A stretch of 64,000 bases of DNA from sequence record PZ445523.1; one strand, given 5' to 3'. Position numbers and translations under genes: made by a program. Positions 1 to 10,280 of this stretch are shown in pieces. The stretch is from a phage. Below the pieces are notes generated by a model, which did no database searches, was not told where the DNA came from, and was given only the letters and a program-made list of their open reading frames with translations. Positions within the stretch are counted from its first letter, which is position 1. Every line of letters begins with the position of its first letter.

Positions 1-429
1 ATCAGCCAACATACGGTTCATTTCTTCAAGTGTTTGATACTCAGAATGATGATTACGAGTAAATGCCAAAGCTAACTGACCTTTACCAAATCCTGTCGTC
101 AGAGGTTTCATCTTAGAAGCAGGAAGATAAAATACTGTGTATGGAACATTGTTATTTGCAATAGTACGTGCAAGCTGAGACCGACGTTGACGAATATGAC
201 TTAGAACTGCACTGAATCCTTGCTTAGAACGCTGATTACCTACATAAAATCGTGCAGACACGCACGGATTACTAAATGGACGACCATCTAATTTACTCAC
301 TAAAAAGTAAAATCCAGGTTTAGATAAAATATCTTTATGCGGAGTTCCCAAAAACCACTCACCACCCTTGATTGTACCAATAATAGTTGCGCCTGCATTG
401 TTCAGATCAGTAACAGTCATATATTTCAT
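1..429 (-). CDS. ndd: Nucleoid disruption protein Ndd, C-terminal end cut by window edge
   Basis: ATG at 429 (MKYMTVTD...) with GAGG SD; frame open for 143 codons to position 1; translation recognised as T4 Ndd; lies downstream of denB as in T4. Confidence 0.6.
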   Translation of the reverse strand, partial: MKYMTVTDLNNAGATIIGTIKGGEWFLGTPHKDILSKPGFYFLVSKLDGRPFSNPCVSARFYVGNQRSKQGFSAVLSHIRQRRSQLARTIANNNVPYTVFYLPASKMKPLTTGFGKGQLALAFTRNHHSEYQTLEEMNRMLAD

Positions 430-490
430 ATTAATTTCCTCTAAAATTATTTTCTACTCCAAGGCCGCATGAATACACACGGCCATTAAA

Positions 491-706
491 TTAATCGTCG
501 CAGTCGACGCTCAATTCCCAAAACTCTTCTACGGTATAAGTTTCAGTATCATTTTCAATACAGAAACGTTCATTACTATTATTTTCTAAAGTAGCGTTAA
601 CTGTCATTTTCTCGCTGGTGCTCTTAAGAGGTGAAATACGAATTAACTGATCACCGTTATCTAAACAAAAAATTTCACCAACTTTTACATCTTTAAAAAT
701 TTTCAT
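491..706 (-). CDS. hypothetical protein (71 aa)
   Basis: ORF track; ATG with GAGGTG SD. Confidence 0.45.
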   Translation of the reverse strand: MKIFKDVKVGEIFCLDNGDQLIRISPLKSTSEKMTVNATLENNSNERFCIENDTETYTVEEFWELSVDCDD

Positions 707-821
707 AATTCACCTCAAGGAGTATAAAATCCAAATGCAGTTGTTGACCATCCCATCCAATATGGGAAATTTGCACCAATGTAAAACATAAGAATATAAA
801 ACCAACCGCTCAGCAAATTCA

Positions 822-1019
822 TCATTTTACACCATTCCAAATTGTTTCAACCACGGATTTTAAACCATTTTGATGAATATCAATTCCGACTACTGTCATC
901 AAATAGATTCCAACTACAACTGAACCTAAGGCAAAAATCAGCATGAAAATGAATAAAGCCGGAAAAATATTATCGAAAAACCATTCAATAAATGTAAAAG
1001 CATTACGTTTACGCTTCAT
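822..1019 (-). CDS. small hydrophobic membrane protein (65 aa from internal ATG)
   Basis: ORF track 822..1040 begins at TTG; first ATG at 1019 is preceded by GAGGAAAAT; product mostly hydrophobic. Confidence 0.4.
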   Translation of the reverse strand: MKRKRNAFTFIEWFFDNIFPALFIFMLIFALGSVVVGIYLMTVVGIDIHQNGLKSVVETIWNGVK

Positions 1020-1026
1020 ATTTTCC

Positions 1027-1140
1027 TCACATAAATCCAAAATAAACGTTTAATACATCAATCATTAAAACGATTGGGAATATACTCAAAACTACTAGTA
1101 TTATAACTACATTCCATATAGCTTTAATAATCTTTTTCAT
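1027..1140 (-). CDS. small membrane peptide (37 aa, MKKIIKAIWNVVIILVVL...)
   Basis: ATG at 1140 directly downstream of early promoter and GGAGGAACACAAA leader; upstream part of ORF-track entry 1027..1275 is a translated promoter. Confidence 0.4.
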   Translation of the reverse strand: MKKIIKAIWNVVIILVVLSIFPIVLMIDVLNVYFGFM

Positions 1141-1168
1141 TTTGTGTTCCTCCGTAGTTGATAGTTGT

Positions 1169-1198
1169 ATAATACCACAGAGGAACAGTCTTGTAAAC
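1169..1198 (-). promoter_or_regulatory. T4-type early promoter (GTTTAC -35, 18 nt spacer, TATTAT -10)
   Basis: plus strand shows ataata-N18-gtaaac, with A/T-rich UP-like tract upstream. Confidence 0.6.
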
Positions 1199-1383
1199 AA
1201 CTTTTTTAAAAATATTCGTAATAAATGTGAATACCAACTACTACCGCTGAAACCTGTGCAACCCACCACGCACAAGCAATAAGTACAGAATTCAAAATTT
1301 TCATAATAACCTCATCACAAAAGTAAATGTTAAACAAATTACTGGAATACTAATTAACCAAACAAAACACCACCATAATGAAC

Positions 1384-1647
1384 TCATAGTTCAATCTCAG
1401 CGATTTTCATTTCATTACTATTAATAGCCGCTTTAAGACTATCTGAAAGAATTACATTCCAGTGGTCATTCATATGACCATTAACTAAGCGTGTAATTTC
1501 TTCGGGAGTTGAAAAATAAGGCGTATCAGACTCCCAATGCGATAATCCTAAGCGAGTATAAATCATACCTTCATCATCGCTAGAATATTCAACTGACACA
1601 AACTCATCAGTTATTTTATGCTTAGCATAATAAAATTTAAATTTCAT
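1384..1647 (-). CDS. hypothetical protein (87 aa)
   Basis: ORF track (TTG at 1656); first ATG at 1647. Confidence 0.4.
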   Translation of the reverse strand: MKFKFYYAKHKITDEFVSVEYSSDDEGMIYTRLGLSHWESDTPYFSTPEEITRLVNGHMNDHWNVILSDSLKAAINSNEMKIAEIEL

Positions 1648-1652
1648 TTTAC

Positions 1653-1859
1653 TCAATAATCCGCTAAAAGATCAACGATTGCATCACGAAGACACTTATT
1701 CGCAATACGTTTAAGAGCAATTTCAGTTTCTGGAGCATTTTGAATAATCATTGAATTCAATTCAGCCTCAGCAAACTGAAGTTCTTTAACTAATTCAGCT
1801 TTATATTTTCCTTGTCCTTTCTTAGCTTTTGCTCGTTTTAATTCAGCTGTAGTAAACAT
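1653..1859 (-). CDS. hypothetical protein (68 aa)
   Basis: ORF track trimmed to ATG at 1859 after GGAGAATAAA leader; early promoter just upstream. Confidence 0.5.
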   Translation of the reverse strand: MFTTAELKRAKAKKGQGKYKAELVKELQFAEAELNSMIIQNAPETEIALKRIANKCLRDAIVDLLADY

Positions 1860-1896
1860 TTTATTCTCCAAATCCGTATCAGTAGTTGATAGTTGT

Positions 1897-1926
1897 ATAG
1901 TACCACGGTCCTTGTGGTATGTAAAC
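1897..1926 (-). promoter_or_regulatory. T4-type early promoter
   Basis: atagta-N18-gtaaac on plus strand; CCAC...GTGG inverted repeat in spacer. Confidence 0.6.
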
Positions 1927-1941
1927 CGTTTTGTGAAATTT

Positions 1942-2499
1942 TTAAATGGAAAGATACCATCCGTTGTAGTTGCTTTTTCTTACAACCTTACGAAGGTCTT
2001 CTCTGTCACCGATGAACTTCGGAGTGTACTGGATGACACCTGGATGAATTTCTTTAGTGTTGAATATAATTATACAGTCAGCGACTTGATGATTTAGAAT
2101 GGGCCCTAGATTTATTCCAGAACCATATGGATACTCTCCGCTGCATCCTGTTGTCACCGAAATCCAACGTGAGTCAGTTTGATGTGTCTTAACTTCTACA
2201 CGAAGCCCACAGTATCTTGGATGTGCTAAAACATCCCATGCATATGTGTACGGATCATCGACATCTTCTTGACCTTTATTGACATATCCACTTAGCCAAT
2301 CTGCCACAAAAAACTCTGCGTACACAGCGATACGGCATCTTTCGATAACTTCTGCTTTATCCTGGTTCGGGTTTTGTTTTAAAGAATATCTTGCTGTATC
2401 AGCAATTTTGACCTTCATTTCACTAGTCAAGTCACTGTTCGATAGGGTAAATGTCGGAATCTGAAATAGTCTCTGTAACCCAGGATTCGTTTTCTGCAT
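1942..2499 (-). CDS. denB: endonuclease IV (DenB), 185 aa
   Basis: 185-aa ORF recognised as T4 DenB by sequence and by position next to rIIB. Confidence 0.8.
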   Translation of the reverse strand: MQKTNPGLQRLFQIPTFTLSNSDLTSEMKVKIADTARYSLKQNPNQDKAEVIERCRIAVYAEFFVADWLSGYVNKGQEDVDDPYTYAWDVLAHPRYCGLRVEVKTHQTDSRWISVTTGCSGEYPYGSGINLGPILNHQVADCIIIFNTKEIHPGVIQYTPKFIGDREDLRKVVRKSNYNGWYLSI

Positions 2500-2554
2500 T
2501 TAAACTTTCCTTTATGTCGGAATCACTGATATTCATATAATAAATCATAATTTC

Positions 2555-2583
2555 TCTTAAAACAAAAGGGCCGAAGCCCTTAT
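2555..2583 (-). terminator. UUCG-tetraloop hairpin (AAGGGC-UUCG-GCCCUU) plus U-rich tract
   Basis: aagggccgaagccctt at 2566-2581 immediately after stop of 2584..2778; U-rich tract follows on transcript. Confidence 0.6.
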
Positions 2584-2778
2584 TTATTTGAATTGTGCAA
2601 TTCTTTTCTCTAAACAGTCAGCATAAGATTTCATTGAGATAAACTGCGAAAGCAGCAGTTCTTGCTCAACTGCACTAACTGTTAGAAACTTTGTGCTTTC
2701 TAAAAATTTACTCAGTGCATTAATTTTGAGCATTAATTGATCGTATTCTTCTTTTACTCGTGCTTGATAACCTAACAT
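2584..2778 (-). CDS. hypothetical helical protein (64 aa)
   Basis: ORF track; ATG with AAGGAAAAT SD; flanked by two identical hairpins. Confidence 0.5.
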   Translation of the reverse strand: MLGYQARVKEEYDQLMLKINALSKFLESTKFLTVSAVEQELLLSQFISMKSYADCLEKRIAQFK

Positions 2779-2796
2779 AATTTTCCTTAATATGAT

Positions 2797-2812
2797 AAGG
2801 GCCGAAGCCCTT
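2797..2812 (-). other. UUCG-tetraloop intercistronic hairpin overlapping rIIB stop codon
   Basis: aagggccgaagccctt; identical copy of element at 2566-2581. Confidence 0.55.
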
Positions 2813-3749
2813 ATTTAAATTGTTCAGTAACGTCTTCAACTACTTCGTATTGACAGGTACGCATTTTAGCATCGTTGTAATCAATCGGAATTGATACTAC
2901 ATCACGAGGATGAACTTTAACTTTTACAACTCGGCTGGTTGAACTGCCAAAGTGACGAATATAAGATTTAGAACACACATGCAGACCACGAGAACAAGTT
3001 TGTGTATCATCGTCATTCACACGAGTACGTGGCATTTTAACTACTTTACCCGGACTGTTATCAAAGGTGTTTGAGTGACAGTCAAAGTAATTGCTGCGAA
3101 CTACTTTCCAAGCATAGAAGTAACCATCTTCTGTAATTTCAATATCGTTTGCTACCAAGAAATCAAAGAGTCGAGATACCGCTTTTTGGCTTGGGTTTTC
3201 CAGCAGATTTTCCAAGAACGGAAAATAAAATTCAAAGTTTTCGCCTTTTTCCATCGAGTCAAGAATACGATCAACCAAACCAGACCGCAATTCGATATTT
3301 TGATAGAACAAGCTTCCACCTTCAATTCGAACATCGCCGGAAATATATTTTTCAACAGCGCGACGAACATTAATTTTTTGTGCCGCTTCTTCCAGCTTAT
3401 CCGCTACAAGCAGATTAAGAATTTCCTGGAAGTTTGAATGAGTATTAGGAGTTGCGTTATAAGTTACGCCATCAACAGTAATTGAAATGAATTTTTTAGA
3501 TGCATTCCAAATAATGTCAGATTTAGCAACTGGAGCAATAACTGCATCGCTATTAACTTTAACTGTAATATCACCGCTAATAGTAACTTTAGGGTGTTTA
3601 GCATATTCAGCATTTTTCAAAACACGACGAATTGTGTCAACCGATACACCTTGCCAATCAGCCAATTCCTGTTGGGTGTAATTACCACTTGAATACAGTT
3701 TAACAATTTCAGCTTGTTCGTTTTTGGTCAGGCATTTAATATTGTACAT
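2811..3749 (-). CDS. rIIB: rIIB rapid-lysis protein, 312 aa
   Basis: 312-aa ORF recognised as T4 rIIB; adjacent to rIIA. Confidence 0.9.
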   Translation of the reverse strand: MYNIKCLTKNEQAEIVKLYSSGNYTQQELADWQGVSVDTIRRVLKNAEYAKHPKVTISGDITVKVNSDAVIAPVAKSDIIWNASKKFISITVDGVTYNATPNTHSNFQEILNLLVADKLEEAAQKINVRRAVEKYISGDVRIEGGSLFYQNIELRSGLVDRILDSMEKGENFEFYFPFLENLLENPSQKAVSRLFDFLVANDIEITEDGYFYAWKVVRSNYFDCHSNTFDNSPGKVVKMPRTRVNDDDTQTCSRGLHVCSKSYIRHFGSSTSRVVKVKVHPRDVVSIPIDYNDAKMRTCQYEVVEDVTEQFK

Positions 3750-3760
3750 AATTTTCCTTA

Positions 3761-5938
3761 TTAGGCCGCAAGGGCCTTCATAGTTTTAGCGATTTGAGAA
3801 ACTTCATCATCACTTAAAGAGTTGCGATAACCGATGAAGTCGGAAACAATACGGAATTTCTTGGTAAACTCAGCAACCATTTTATCACTGTTTTTTGAAG
3901 CATTATTTGATAATACATCAAAAAGATTAGTTACTGTCCAGATGTCATGACCGATGGTATCTTTTCCACCATTAAAATATACACCCTGTAATGAACTAAC
4001 CATATTAGCGAGTCGTGTATATTCTTCAGAAACTTCATCTACACTGAAATACTTCATCATAAAATCTAACTCAGGATACTTGATAATTTTATCAATATAT
4101 CGTTTAGCTGAACTTGAATAACCTACATACTTATCATAATCTACATCATCAAAAGCATCTACATATAAATCACGCAAAGCTTCAAAAATACATTGGCACT
4201 GACCGAGTTCTTTTACCTTTTTCTGTAAAAGCGGACGAATAACATAAAATTCATTAATGCCAATAAGATTAGCCATACGAATCAAAATATTCATAGATGG
4301 ATGACAAAGAGATGTAGTACCATCCATAGAGAAAATATCAGAACGATGCATATACGCTACATAACCAGTAATTTCATCTGCTTCTGACGTAAGTGTAAAT
4401 AGTTCCTCTTTTTCCCATCGCCCGTCTTTAATTTCAAACTTAAATGCTGTAGCAGCTTTAGGACGAGGAGCTTTACTTTTAACTACCTTTGGAATATAGC
4501 TTTTAACTAAAGCTTCAATTTCTGACAAATAATGAATGTTAACTTCATCACTTTCAAACATCGCCATAATGTCAGGAAGCAAATCAATCTGCGATTCTAC
4601 TTCTGGATTAATAAACAGAAGGCGTTCGTTGTGATGAATATTCAAAGTGTTATTAAATTCACTATCATCTAACGCATGCGCTAATCCACGGACAATATTA
4701 ACACGATTTTTAATATTATCAATAACGATATTAATTTTTGTTGTATTAATACCAAACAGACGATAACTTGATGCAACGGCTGAAGTTTCATGACTTTGCT
4801 TAATGCGCTTCAGTCGAGGGTCAAGATTTACTTCATACACAACTCCTGCATTGCATAACTTACTGTCAGGTTCAAACATGCTCTGCATCTTTTTATATGA
4901 CAAATTTTTAGTCGTGAATTTGACTGAATTACTAATCATATAATCTCGAGCAGAATATCCCATCTTCATCAATTCACGATATGTGTGACGAGGAGATGTA
5001 GATTCTTTAAATCGTTTTACATCTTCATTAAATGCTTTCTCACTGAGTTCTTTAACTCGTTCAATGATATTTTTACGAGTACGATCATCTAGTGAAAGAG
5101 CTTCGCGTGATGGAGCAATATCAAGTGAACCCATTGGAAACTTAATGTAATTCACTTCATTGCGGATGCTTAGCCAGTTACGGTCTTTAATAACACCATC
5201 GATAGGATAAACAATACCGCCATAGATAGCATATAATCCACCACGATCAGGCCAGTATCTTTCTGGATTTACGCCGTAATAATCATCAAAATCCGGAAAA
5301 TAATCAATTTCGCGGTCAAGACCATTAATGATAGCCAAATCTTTGAACGGTCGCATGATATAAGAAACTTCATAAGCAAAGTTTCTAAAGTCTTTTTCTT
5401 CAACTGGAACTACGATTTCAATACCAGTTTTATCATCTGGACCCATTTCTTTTACGAATGTAGGTTTAATCTGTGGACCATCACCATCCATGTAAGCTAC
5501 ATAACCACGAATTTCACCTTTATGATACGAAGTAATACTAAACGTATCAGTATAACTAAACGGAGATTTAGAACCTAAACCAAATCCGCCAATAAAGTCA
5601 TTAGATTCAGCCTTAGATGAACTGAAATATGAATTATACAGACCAGGAGAATTATCATCACCTTGAATATCAAAATCACTCATACCCGGACCAAAATCTC
5701 GACAAACAAATCGCGGGTCTAATCGTCCTGGAACTTGAATGATAAATTTTTCAGGATTTCCATTGAGAGCATGGGCATCAATCATGTTGGTAATCAATTC
5801 ACGGACTACTGCGCGAATCTTGTTTGTATACAAATCAGATGACAGAATTTTAAATACTTTAGGAGATGCTGTGATGCTAAATGCTTTTGATTTAGAACCA
5901 TTACCAAGAATTGTTTCTTTTTCAGTAGTGATAATCAT
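3761..5938 (-). CDS. rIIA: rIIA rapid-lysis protein, 725 aa (HATPase-like N-terminus)
   Basis: 725-aa ORF recognised as T4 rIIA by sequence and length. Confidence 0.9.
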   Translation of the reverse strand: MIITTEKETILGNGSKSKAFSITASPKVFKILSSDLYTNKIRAVVRELITNMIDAHALNGNPEKFIIQVPGRLDPRFVCRDFGPGMSDFDIQGDDNSPGLYNSYFSSSKAESNDFIGGFGLGSKSPFSYTDTFSITSYHKGEIRGYVAYMDGDGPQIKPTFVKEMGPDDKTGIEIVVPVEEKDFRNFAYEVSYIMRPFKDLAIINGLDREIDYFPDFDDYYGVNPERYWPDRGGLYAIYGGIVYPIDGVIKDRNWLSIRNEVNYIKFPMGSLDIAPSREALSLDDRTRKNIIERVKELSEKAFNEDVKRFKESTSPRHTYRELMKMGYSARDYMISNSVKFTTKNLSYKKMQSMFEPDSKLCNAGVVYEVNLDPRLKRIKQSHETSAVASSYRLFGINTTKINIVIDNIKNRVNIVRGLAHALDDSEFNNTLNIHHNERLLFINPEVESQIDLLPDIMAMFESDEVNIHYLSEIEALVKSYIPKVVKSKAPRPKAATAFKFEIKDGRWEKEELFTLTSEADEITGYVAYMHRSDIFSMDGTTSLCHPSMNILIRMANLIGINEFYVIRPLLQKKVKELGQCQCIFEALRDLYVDAFDDVDYDKYVGYSSSAKRYIDKIIKYPELDFMMKYFSVDEVSEEYTRLANMVSSLQGVYFNGGKDTIGHDIWTVTNLFDVLSNNASKNSDKMVAEFTKKFRIVSDFIGYRNSLSDDEVSQIAKTMKALAA

Positions 5939-5948
5939 AATTTCCTCA

Positions 5949-6152
5949 TTAATTCATATTACGCTTAATAACTTCAGCAACTTCTAGTAGTTCATCTTTA
6001 GTTGCAGTGTCGGATTGAATTTTATCTCTAATATCTTTAAAGCGGTTTTTAAATTCTTCGGCTTCTCCCATATCAAAAAAGCGTTGAATGATTCTATATT
6101 CTCGATGAACTGCTTTATCAAAAAGTTCTAAATTTACTTTATATGATTTCAT
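5949..6152 (-). CDS. rIIA.1-like small protein (67 aa)
   Basis: ORF track; ATG start; position between topoisomerase gene and rIIA. Confidence 0.6.
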   Translation of the reverse strand: MKSYKVNLELFDKAVHREYRIIQRFFDMGEAEEFKNRFKDIRDKIQSDTATKDELLEVAEVIKRNMN

Positions 6153-6177
6153 TTCAATATCCTCATTTGCCCAATTA

Positions 6178-6207
6178 ATTATACCACATCCTTGTGGTAA
6201 AGTAAAC
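6178..6207 (-). promoter_or_regulatory. T4-type early promoter (GTTTAC, 18 nt, TATAAT)
   Basis: attata-N18-gtaaac on plus strand; upstream of rIIA.1/rIIA. Confidence 0.65.
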
Positions 6208-8024
6208 TATTGGCTCATCCATTCTTTACGAAGGTCAGCATTATCTCCCATGAGCATTTCAAAAAGCTCTTTCCAGTTCTCAGGAAGTTTAACAACATCA
6301 TATACTGGGTTTTGAATCATCTCACGATATTCAGATTTTTCCAAAGAGCCAAGTCCCTTAATATAACGGATGCTATGTTTAGGTAGAGCATCTTTAGCAC
6401 TCTCATATTCAGCGACTGTATAAAACCATTCTTGTTTTTTACCGACCTGAGCGATGATTACAGGAGTTTTGACAAAGCGAATTCGTCCTTGCTCAAACAA
6501 TTCTGGCCAATTACTAAAAAATCCAAGCAGAGAAGGATAAATGCTTCCTAGACCATCATGGTCAGCATCAGTCATAATAGCGATATTATGATAATTCAAG
6601 TTTTCAGCTTTTTCACCGAGAACTAATCCAGTGATTGCGCAAATATCAAATAGTTCTTTGTTTTTAAGCATATCTGCATAAGACATACCCCAACTGTTGA
6701 GAACTTTACCACGCAATGGATAACCACCGTGAAGTTCTTTATCACGAACATCAATAAGATATCCGATAGCAGAATCACCCTCAGTCAAGAAAAGAGTAGT
6801 GTCAGCATCTTTACCACAAAGATTCGCTTTGATATGTTTATGAACCTTAGCTTTAGAAGCCTTTTTAGCTGCTTTAGTTTCTGCTGCTTTTTCTGCCGCC
6901 AATTTACGAGCCAAAGCAGCTTCAATAATCGGCATTAGAATTGCTTCATTATTCAAAATAGCGCGTGAAATCTTTTTAGCATCAAGCTGAATATGACTAC
7001 GGATTTCACCAAATGGAGAAGTCAAACGCTCTTTAGTTTGAGAATCAAATCGCATGTTTTTCATATCACGAACAAACATAACGATAGTCAAACATTCTTT
7101 AACGCGTGCTTTAGTTACATCAATTTTGAACTTACGTTTGATTTGTGGAATAAGGTCTTCACAAATATCATCCATAACGCAGTCAATGTGATGGCCACCA
7201 TTCTTAGTATGAATGTTATTCACATAAGTTAATTGGCGAAATCCATCCGGTGAACGACCAACCGCAATAGAACAATTTTCTTGTTCTTGAACGATAGCAT
7301 GCTCATCATATTGGCGTGCATATTTCTTAAAATTGCCCTGAACCTTTTTACCATTAAAGGTAAATTGAATATCAGGATAAACTACTGCAAGTGTCTGGAG
7401 ACGATCTAGTGTAATGTCAAGATAAACTTGTGACAGCTCATTAGTTTCAAATGACATAAAATCAGGAATGAAAGTAACACGAGTTCCTTTCCATTTTCCA
7501 GGAATATCTTCCCATGATTTATTTTCCATGCCATTTGAACAACGAACTACAATATTATTTTGACCGTCGCCAGTTTCACCAACAAACATCACAGAAAAAA
7601 TGTTTGTCAAACTAGAACCAACACCATTCATACCGCCAGTGACGCGCTCTTTGTCATCACCAAAGTTACCACCTGCTTTTGGAATAGTCCACGCAGCAAC
7701 AGGACCAGGAATTTCTTCACCGGTAGGTGTCTTAACCATCGCTTGTGGAATACCACGACCGTTATCTTCAACTGTTACTTGATTGTTTTTAATAGTAACA
7801 TTAATTTTATTTGCGAATTTAAACTTAGTACGAATACCTTCATCTACTGAGTTATCGATAATTTCATCAATAAGCTTAACAAGACCAGGTACATACTGAA
7901 CACTTTCCCATTTACCAAACAGAAAGCGCTCATGCATTTCATTAGCTGAAGAGCCAATGTACATGCCGCTACGCTTTTTGATATGTTCAATATCGCTCAG
8001 AATTTTAATTTCATTCTTAATCAT
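6207..8024 (-). CDS. 39: DNA topoisomerase II large subunit, fused gene 39 + gene 60 homolog (605 aa)
   Basis: Continuous ORF (ORF-track start is GTG at 8027; ATG at 8024); N-terminus matches T4 gp39; no interruption, bypass element or inserted mob gene visible. Confidence 0.85.
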   Translation of the reverse strand: MIKNEIKILSDIEHIKKRSGMYIGSSANEMHERFLFGKWESVQYVPGLVKLIDEIIDNSVDEGIRTKFKFANKINVTIKNNQVTVEDNGRGIPQAMVKTPTGEEIPGPVAAWTIPKAGGNFGDDKERVTGGMNGVGSSLTNIFSVMFVGETGDGQNNIVVRCSNGMENKSWEDIPGKWKGTRVTFIPDFMSFETNELSQVYLDITLDRLQTLAVVYPDIQFTFNGKKVQGNFKKYARQYDEHAIVQEQENCSIAVGRSPDGFRQLTYVNNIHTKNGGHHIDCVMDDICEDLIPQIKRKFKIDVTKARVKECLTIVMFVRDMKNMRFDSQTKERLTSPFGEIRSHIQLDAKKISRAILNNEAILMPIIEAALARKLAAEKAAETKAAKKASKAKVHKHIKANLCGKDADTTLFLTEGDSAIGYLIDVRDKELHGGYPLRGKVLNSWGMSYADMLKNKELFDICAITGLVLGEKAENLNYHNIAIMTDADHDGLGSIYPSLLGFFSNWPELFEQGRIRFVKTPVIIAQVGKKQEWFYTVAEYESAKDALPKHSIRYIKGLGSLEKSEYREMIQNPVYDVVKLPENWKELFEMLMGDNADLRKEWMSQ

Positions 8025-8076
8025 CACTTATCCTCGTTTGGTTTCGGGAATATTATACTCCGGTAATCATAAAGCT

Positions 8077-8094
8077 AAAGGCCCGAAGGCCTTT
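8077..8094 (-). terminator. UUCG-tetraloop hairpin after lipoprotein gene
   Basis: aaaggcccgaaggccttt. Confidence 0.5.
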
Positions 8095-8354
8095 TATTTA
8101 AAACGGATAGTCGAATCCTTAAAGAACAGCCCAGAACACACGGTTCCTTCTACTTTCTGCCCGGTAGGTCCAATAGCACGAAATCCAGTATGTTGGAAAT
8201 CATTTTCAGAGCAACCGAACCAGTTATATCCAGTGATTTCAATATTAGTAAAACCACTTGAAGACAAAACTTTGGTTGCATTATCAGCATCAGTACATCC
8301 TACTAAAGACACTACTAATACTAATGCTGCGATAGAACGATTAATATATTTCAT
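8094..8354 (-). CDS. putative lipoprotein (86 aa; signal peptide and lipobox LVGC)
   Basis: N-terminal hydrophobic signal followed by Cys; ATG start. Confidence 0.55.
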   Translation of the reverse strand: MKYINRSIAALVLVVSLVGCTDADNATKVLSSSGFTNIEITGYNWFGCSENDFQHTGFRAIGPTGQKVEGTVCSGLFFKDSTIRFK

Positions 8355-8358
8355 AATT

Positions 8359-8730
8359 TCACTTAAATTTAATGGCTTGAAGGAGACTAATAACTCTCAA
8401 ACGACTTCTTTCATCTTTAACTGTAAAAGAAAGAGGGTCACCAGACTTCATAGTAATAGTGCATTCAAAATCAAAACCTTCGGGAACTTCTTCGAATAGG
8501 TCAAATTCTTCATCATAAATTAGAACATTACTCTGAAAACTGTGAAGAATTTTTCCGTCATTTCCAGATGCTGTACTAATCATTGTAACATTATTACCTT
8601 TCATATCTTCAACGATAAATTCGCTTGTAGATATTACATTACTAATAGAACCATTCCTATAAATAGCAGAAAATAGATATTTCTTTTCTTCACCTTCGCG
8701 AATGCGATATTTCTTACCAATTTTAAACAT
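8359..8730 (-). CDS. hypothetical protein (123 aa)
   Basis: ORF track; ATG start. Confidence 0.5.
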   Translation of the reverse strand: MFKIGKKYRIREGEEKKYLFSAIYRNGSISNVISTSEFIVEDMKGNNVTMISTASGNDGKILHSFQSNVLIYDEEFDLFEEVPEGFDFECTITMKSGDPLSFTVKDERSRLRVISLLQAIKFK

Positions 8731-8732
8731 AA

Positions 8733-8909
8733 TTACCCTTTAAGTAAGTCGTAAAATCCACCATTCACATGCTTAGGGGCAGAGACTAACCGAATAGCAA
8801 TCCGATGACAATCAGGACATACATCAGTATCTCTTTCAGAAATTTTCTTGATTTTTTCGTATTCTTTTGCACAGTCTTCGGATTGGCATTTATAATCATA
8901 AAGCGGCAT
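8733..8909 (-). CDS. small zinc-ribbon protein (58 aa; CxxxxC...CxxC, FmdB-like)
   Basis: Not in ORF track (below 60 aa); translated manually: MPLYDYKCQSEDCAKEYEKIKKISERDTDVCPDCHRIAIRLV...; fills gap between flanking genes exactly. Confidence 0.5.
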   Translation of the reverse strand: MPLYDYKCQSEDCAKEYEKIKKISERDTDVCPDCHRIAIRLVSAPKHVNGGFYDLLKG

Positions 8910-8911
8910 AA

Positions 8912-9325
8912 TTATTCCTTAAAGTGAACTTTCAACATCTGATACAAAGACCATGCCTGTTCATTATTTTCAATAGTAACTTTCATGATCGGGAATTCAG
9001 ATGGTTCAGTTACTGGTGCAGGGTCTTCCTGCTCTTCAGCAGCCTGATATGGATTTTCCACTTCATTAAAGAACTCGGCTTCGTTGCTAGAAAGCCAGAT
9101 AAAGTTTTCGTCAATGACTGTACCTCGTGATGAATATCCAACTATGCCAGTAGATGTCACAATTTTAGTAGGACGCCCGTAATAGTCAACATCTAAAATT
9201 TTAAAAGGTTCCATACCTAAACGCCGCGCATAGATTCCGTTATCAGTATGGTCTTTAATAAAAGATTCTTGAGCTTGTTTATTTTTGAATTGATACCATT
9301 TATTAACTTCAAATTTAATAGCCAT
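8912..9325 (-). CDS. hypothetical protein (137 aa); occupies the T4 goF position
   Basis: ORF track; ATG; position relative to motB and gene 39; identity to GoF not verified. Confidence 0.45.
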   Translation of the reverse strand: MAIKFEVNKWYQFKNKQAQESFIKDHTDNGIYARRLGMEPFKILDVDYYGRPTKIVTSTGIVGYSSRGTVIDENFIWLSSNEAEFFNEVENPYQAAEEQEDPAPVTEPSEFPIMKVTIENNEQAWSLYQMLKVHFKE

Positions 9326-9543
9326 TAATAAATTTCCTTCCAGTAAGTTGTGCCATCTTCAGTAATTTCACGAAATACACCGTAAATTGGCTGTTTATCA
9401 CCGACTTTCTCATACACATAAACCGAAGTCAAGTGAGTAAACTTGATGGTGTGTTCCTTTTGAACTACTACCAAATCTGGATCGAATAATACATCTTCAA
9501 ATTCATCATTAGTGCAATTCTGAACAATTTTACGTTTCATCAT
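9325..9543 (-). CDS. hypothetical protein (72 aa); occupies the T4 cef position
   Basis: ORF track; ATG; ATGA overlap with downstream gene. Confidence 0.4.
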   Translation of the reverse strand: MMKRKIVQNCTNDEFEDVLFDPDLVVVQKEHTIKFTHLTSVYVYEKVGDKQPIYGVFREITEDGTTYWKEIY

Positions 9544-9712
9544 AATTTCCTCATTAATTGAACATTGGAGCGATGCGTTTCAGAAGAGTATCAGCACCTT
9601 TAACGAATTATCCATTTTATTCTCCAAGTTGTTTTCTGTATCAGTAGTTGATATTGATATAGTACCATAATCAACTACTGATGTATATAGTTTTATGAAA
9701 AAATTTTAAACT

Positions 9713-10204
9713 TTATGCATAGCGAGCTTTGCTGTAGTGTTTAATCCAACTTTCAGGAATGACTTTGTATGTTCCTAAAAATACCGCGTTGTATAACTTA
9801 ACGCCATCTTCTACCCATTGATCAGTAATGTATGCACACACAGCGCGAGTACGCCGAGGAAGTGGTTGTCCACCTTCGGTAAATTCAAACTCATAAGGAG
9901 CAATGAACTTGATAGCTTGACCAAGTTTCCACTTAAAGTCTACACCTACATGCGAAGTATCAATCGTTTCAATTCCTTTAGCAGGAACATCTTTCAAAAA
10001 CGCAGGCTCAAGAAATTTCCATCGAACATAACCAAACTGGGGCTTAGACATTCCATCTTTAGCAATGATACGTACTTTTACTTCAGAATCTTCATCTTTA
10101 ACACCGTGTTTAAGCTGAATGCTTACAACTTCAACCAATTTTCCTGCTGCTTTAGAACGGGATTTATCAGATACACGAGCAATTTCGCCGATATTAATAT
10201 TCAT
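9713..10204 (-). CDS. motB: MotB-like protein (163 aa)
   Basis: Length and position match T4 motB; shares C-terminal module with next gene. Confidence 0.6.
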   Translation of the reverse strand: MNINIGEIARVSDKSRSKAAGKLVEVVSIQLKHGVKDEDSEVKVRIIAKDGMSKPQFGYVRWKFLEPAFLKDVPAKGIETIDTSHVGVDFKWKLGQAIKFIAPYEFEFTEGGQPLPRRTRAVCAYITDQWVEDGVKLYNAVFLGTYKVIPESWIKHYSKARYA

Positions 10205-10280
10205 AATTATCTCTCACTTGTTAAAAAGATTTTATACTCCACAGGACCATTATACTCTGGTCCCAAGAGTTTGTAAACTA

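Noticed and set aside
7957-8499. Plus-strand 180-aa ORF, and other long plus-strand ORFs such as 9818..10276, 33395..33811 and 35807..36190
   Set aside because: They lie antisense to well-supported minus-strand genes, lack ribosome-binding sites, and have low-complexity translations; treated as chance open frames
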